A model generated the notes under the pieces. It was not told the DNA's origin, did not search any database, and saw only the letters and a list, made by a program, of their open reading frames with translations. A stretch of 62,005 bases of DNA, the filler included, from Deltaproteobacteria bacterium (GTDB lineage Bacteria; JAUYMQ01), in the NCBI GenBank assembly GCA_030698575.1. It is 10 parts of 10 records of this genome, joined end to end, with 100 filler letters (N's around TTAATTAATTAA, not from the genome) between each part and the next. Parts side by side here need not be neighbours in the genome. Positions count along the whole stretch, not along the records: positions 57,048 to 62,005 come from JAUYMQ010000130.1; 9 more parts are not named here. One strand, written 5' to 3'. The position numbers were made by a program, and so were the translations under genes. Shown here in pieces: positions 59,417-62,005 of the stretch. Each line of letters opens with the position of its first letter. Positions within the stretch are counted from its first letter, which is position 1.

Positions 59417-61117
59417 CTATCCGTCCCGGGGATCGCCCGTCCTCGCCTCGAACTTCTCTCTGTTGATCTCTCCGCGCGCGTACCGTTGGCGGGGAACCTC
59501 GATCGCCGCGTTCGAGCGAGACTGCTTGCCCTGGCCGAGCAGCCGGCACATGCCGAGCACGATGTTGCGGGACAACGCCACGGGGACGCCCGTTGGTTGG
59601 GGTGAGCGCACCGTTCTCCTCCTGGTGATGAAGGGTGGACGCCAGACCGCAGCGACCGAGAGTCCGACGGTGGCCCAGGCAAAGAGATCGCCGTAGCGGG
59701 TGTACGGGCTGGTTCCCGCGCGGGGCGCAACCGTTCCTGAAAGCACCCCGCGGGTAAAGAGGCCAGAGGCCTGAACGATCCGGCCATCGGGAGCGACAAC
59801 CGCCGAGATCCCGGTGTTTGCGGCCCGGACGAGGTAGGCGCGGTTCTCCACCGCCCGAAACGCCGCCATGGCGAGATGCTGGACCGGGGCGGCGCTCCGG
59901 CCGAACCATGCGTCGTTGGTGATGTTGACGAGGACGTCAGCGCCGCCGCGGAAGAACTCCCGCACCTCGGCGGGGAAGATCGCCTCGTAGCAGATGACGA
60001 CGGCGACGCGGCCCGCGGGGGTCGCGAAGGTCGTGGTCTCGGCGCCGGGCGCGAAGGTGCCGATCGCCCCTCCAGCCAGCACGTCGACGAAGAAGAGAAG
60101 CCGCCTGAGCGGGATGTACTCGCCGAAGGGCACGAGGTGCCGCTTGTCGTAGCGCCCGCGCACTTCACCGTCGGGACCGATGAGGAAGGCGCTGTTGCGT
60201 GGCTCGCCGAGCGAGCGGTCCGGCGCGCCCACGAGCAGGTGGGCGCCGGTCACGCGCGCGAGATCCTGGACCGCGCGCCACCGGGGGTCGGCGCGGAGGA
60301 AGAAGGGTACCGCCGTCTCCGGCCAGACGATGAGCCTGGCGCCCCTGCGCGCCGCTTCCAGCGTGAGCCGCCGGTAGACCTCCAGCGTCGTCTCCTGATA
60401 CGCCGGGTCCCACTTCACCCACTGATCGATATTCCCCTGGACCAGCGCGACCGGAATCGCAGGCGTCTCCTCGCGGGCGGGCGACAGAAGCCAGCCGGAG
60501 CCGACCGCAAGACCGACGACCGCCGCCGCGACGCTGAGCCCGCCCAGCCGGTCCGTCCAACCCTTCTCCAGATGAACCAGCTGCGCGAGCGCGGCATTCA
60601 CCGCGGCGACGGCGAAGGACACGCCGTAGACGCCGGTCACGGCCGCCACCTGGACGAGCGGCAGGTTCCGGTACTGGGAGTAGCCGAGGAGATTCCACGG
60701 GAAGCCGGTGAAGAGATACGTCCTCAGGAACTCGAGAGCCACCCAGAGGCTCGCCGCGACGGTCACGTAGGCAGCGCTCGAGCGCGGCCCGGTCCGGGCG
60801 AGGCGCCAGCAGAAGGCTGCCGTGTAGAGAGCCAGGTACGCAGCGAGAGCGAGGAGTACGACCCCGGCCAGTGGCCACGGCACGTCGCCATAGCGCATCA
60901 TCGTCTGCGCCACCCACGGGATGGTCGCCAGCCAGAAGATCAACCCGGAGAGGAGGCCCAGGATGCCGGCGCTCCGCCGGTCCACTCCGTCGACGGCGAC
61001 GAGGAGCGGCACCAGAGCCGCGAAGGCGAGCCAGCTCTCGTCTCCGCTGCCGGGAAAGGCCAGGGCCAGCAGGGCCCCCGAGAGGGCGGCCAGGAGCCAG
61101 CGGGGCACCACCGTCAT
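59417..61117 (-). CDS. lnt: Apolipoprotein N-acyltransferase with SHOCT-like C-terminal tail
   Basis: GFPWNLLGY, VQGNI, WPET, YDKRHLVPFGEY, ICYE, TNDAWF, RAANTGIS. Confidence 0.93.
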   Translation of the reverse strand: MTVVPRWLLAALSGALLALAFPGSGDESWLAFAALVPLLVAVDGVDRRSAGILGLLSGLIFWLATIPWVAQTMMRYGDVPWPLAGVVLLALAAYLALYTAAFCWRLARTGPRSSAAYVTVAASLWVALEFLRTYLFTGFPWNLLGYSQYRNLPLVQVAAVTGVYGVSFAVAAVNAALAQLVHLEKGWTDRLGGLSVAAAVVGLAVGSGWLLSPAREETPAIPVALVQGNIDQWVKWDPAYQETTLEVYRRLTLEAARRGARLIVWPETAVPFFLRADPRWRAVQDLARVTGAHLLVGAPDRSLGEPRNSAFLIGPDGEVRGRYDKRHLVPFGEYIPLRRLLFFVDVLAGGAIGTFAPGAETTTFATPAGRVAVVICYEAIFPAEVREFFRGGADVLVNITNDAWFGRSAAPVQHLAMAAFRAVENRAYLVRAANTGISAVVAPDGRIVQASGLFTRGVLSGTVAPRAGTSPYTRYGDLFAWATVGLSVAAVWRPPFITRRRTVRSPQPTGVPVALSRNIVLGMCRLLGQGKQSRSNAAIEVPRQRYARGEINREKFEARTGDPRDG

Positions 61118-61947
61118 TCATGCTCCCGGCCCGTGAGCGCCTCAGCATCCCGGTGATGGCGTTCCGGAGTGCCGCGCGGCGGCATCGCTCGGCCTCGCCC
61201 CCATGGAAGGAACGCCCGGGTCCGAGCGGCGTAGTCCAAGAACCCCTCGCCAAAGAACGTCGCCAGCTCCTCGTCCTCGCGGCGCGCCAGGCGGAGATAC
61301 ATGACGATGAGCACGGGCGCCATCAGGAGGGTGAGGACAGTCGGCCACATGATGTTGAAGCCGAAGACGATCAGCATCAGGCCGAGGTACTGAGGATGCC
61401 GGAGGTAGCGGTATATACCGTCCGTCACCAACCGATCCCGTCCCCGATAGACGGTGGCCCAGCCGACGGCGAGCAGGCACAGACCGGCCGCGATGAGGAC
61501 GGTGCTCACCGTCATGACCACGTAGACGCCGACCTCGAGCGGGAGCAGCCCGAGACGATCCAGCGCAAAGGCCCAGAGATGGCTCTCATTCATCCCGAAA
61601 GTCCACGCCGGAAGGCCGAGCAAGGGGGCCAGCAGGTAGATGGTCAACGGGACTCCGAACATCTCGCTGAAGAGCGAGATCAAGAATGCCGCCGAGAGCC
61701 CGGCGTTTCGCCACTCGCCCCGGCGCCGGGGCCGGGCGAACCCCACCAGGAAGGCGAGGAAGACCGCCGAGAGGACGAGAGCCTGGCGCCAGTGCCCGTA
61801 CCAGTACTCGAACGGGACGTTATGGGCGCCGGGTGCGCTGCGCAGGATATCGGCCACTCCCTTGACGAGCAACGCGAGCACAAGCACCACGACGACCCAG
61901 CGGCCTATGCGCCAGGCGGACTTCAGCTGTTTCACGGACGTCTTCAT
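61114..61947 (-). CDS. ICMT/PEMT-family membrane methyltransferase
   Basis: SEMFGVPLTIY, DGIYRYLRHPQY; AAGGAG RBS. Confidence 0.88.
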   Translation of the reverse strand: MKTSVKQLKSAWRIGRWVVVVLVLALLVKGVADILRSAPGAHNVPFEYWYGHWRQALVLSAVFLAFLVGFARPRRRGEWRNAGLSAAFLISLFSEMFGVPLTIYLLAPLLGLPAWTFGMNESHLWAFALDRLGLLPLEVGVYVVMTVSTVLIAAGLCLLAVGWATVYRGRDRLVTDGIYRYLRHPQYLGLMLIVFGFNIMWPTVLTLLMAPVLIVMYLRLARREDEELATFFGEGFLDYAARTRAFLPWGRGRAMPPRGTPERHHRDAEALTGREHE

Positions 61948-62005
61948 CTCACATGTGCTCCTTCCCGTCCTGCTTGACAATCGCGGGGAACAACCTCGGT
62001 TCCGA

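Overview
This is not contiguous DNA. It is ten contigs joined by nine identical 100-nt artificial linkers (N44-TTAATTAATTAA-N44), so adjacency across linkers means nothing and the pieces need not come from one organism. The contigs are 1-3461, 3562-13903, 14004-17145, 17246-30960, 31061-33583, 33684-36189, 36290-49388, 49489-53427, 53528-56947 and 57048-62005. Most are GC-rich chromosomal DNA of a diderm bacterium, plausibly a deltaproteobacteria-like MAG (inference). They carry kdsD, lon, thiL, a Dif-like cheR-mcp-cheW-cheY-cheA-cheC-cheD cluster, larBC, the 3' end of groEL, five tRNAs, recG, glgX-glgE-treS, a GCS2 ligase/desuccinylase pair and an ICMT-lnt-mrdA island. There are three accessory pieces. 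(a) Contig 1 is a tailed-phage head module whose adaptor-like gene has an in-frame TAG, while the other three genes end in TAA. (b) Contig 7 is a 13-kb phage/plasmid-like element with a Rad52/Sak-like annealase, NinB-like gene, iteron-containing initiator, divergent SNF2 helicase, serine recombinase and internally deleted MTase. Its left arm is an array of small genes, each preceded by a structured ~82-bp repeat. It also holds a 101-bp near-perfect inverted duplication, a G11 frameshift tract and another in-frame TAG. (c) Contig 8 is a C5-MTase/REase/Vsr/OLD-type nuclease defence locus. The ORF track misses a small glutaredoxin-like gene with two in-frame TGA codons and SECIS-like hairpins (33192-33419). 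All family calls come from recognising motifs by eye; no database searches were run.
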